Assembly (NCBI GenBank): GCA_036172245.1
Contig: JAYWIR010000007.1
Coordinates: 4,588,001 to 4,652,000, forward strand
DNA length: 64,000 nucleotides
Direction: 5' to 3'
From: Raillietiella orientalis
Taxonomy: Eukaryota
The notes beneath the pieces were generated by a model. That model saw nothing but the letters and a program-made list of their open reading frames with translations, did not search any database and was not told where the DNA came from. Made by a program: the position numbers and the translations under genes. Position 1 is the first letter of the stretch; every line of letters begins with the position of its first letter. Shown here piece after piece: positions 63,601 through 64,000 of this stretch.

Positions 63601-64000
63601 CCCCCGACTTTCCGTTTGTCGCATCCCCCCCTTTCCGGGAGGGGGGGAGGAGGGGAGGAACTGGGAAATGAAAGCTCCTCCCCCTCTCCACACGTGGTGG
63701 CGCGGGCGCGGTTTGGCTTCGTCGTGCTGTTTTCCGAGATGGCGGCGGATGTTCCGCGTCATGGAAACGCCTCGCCCCTTGGAGACAGCGGTGTTTCTCG
63801 TGCTTCCCGCGCGTGCACCCTGTGTGCCAAAGCGCGTGCCCCGTTCCTCGGAGGCGTATCCGTTCACGTGTCGTGTAGCCTGCAAGCCGTGCGTATCGGG
63901 AACAGATGTTTTGCCGCTGGCAACGTTGCTCGGGCACTTCGATGATTTTCCTTTTCCCTTAGTAATCGTCTACGGCTGTTCCACTTTCCGAGCCTGCTCG

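Noticed and set aside
54000..64000. ORFs such as 59150-60172, 59275-60048 and 61854-62597 (contains HARR) as further exons or an HMG box
   Set aside because: No PMNAF or other HMG residues follow HARR, the composition is low-complexity, and no consistent splice-phase chain could be built.

Overview
Eukaryotic (metazoan, probably arthropod-like) genomic DNA. No prokaryotic operons, rRNA, tRNA or CRISPR arrays were seen. The first ~9 kb is AT-rich and holds a minus-strand coiled-coil ORF (481-1158) and the first six small exons of an NRDE2 orthologue. The 2-kb seventh NRDE2 exon (12811-14810) lies beyond an abrupt switch to very GC- and CpG-rich DNA. The joined CDS is 3480 nt (1159 aa) and all intron phases are compatible. 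From ~10 kb to ~43.5 kb the GC-rich domain is largely decayed L1/Tx1-type (APE+RT) non-LTR retrotransposons: one antisense copy in NRDE2 intron 6, then copies A-F arranged head-to-tail and tail-to-tail. Three 3' ends lack a poly(A) tail and run into a shared ~70-bp sequence that also appears to precede copy A (possible terminal redundancy or self-targeting). This is the most unusual feature I found. From ~44.5 to 53.8 kb there are exons of a second + strand gene with PKPFKKRYL and PLNLS motifs, reminiscent of the non-HMG parts of arthropod bobby sox, but no HMG box is visible. Most long ORFs in the supplied track are by-products of high GC. All alignments were done by eye and TE boundaries are approximate.
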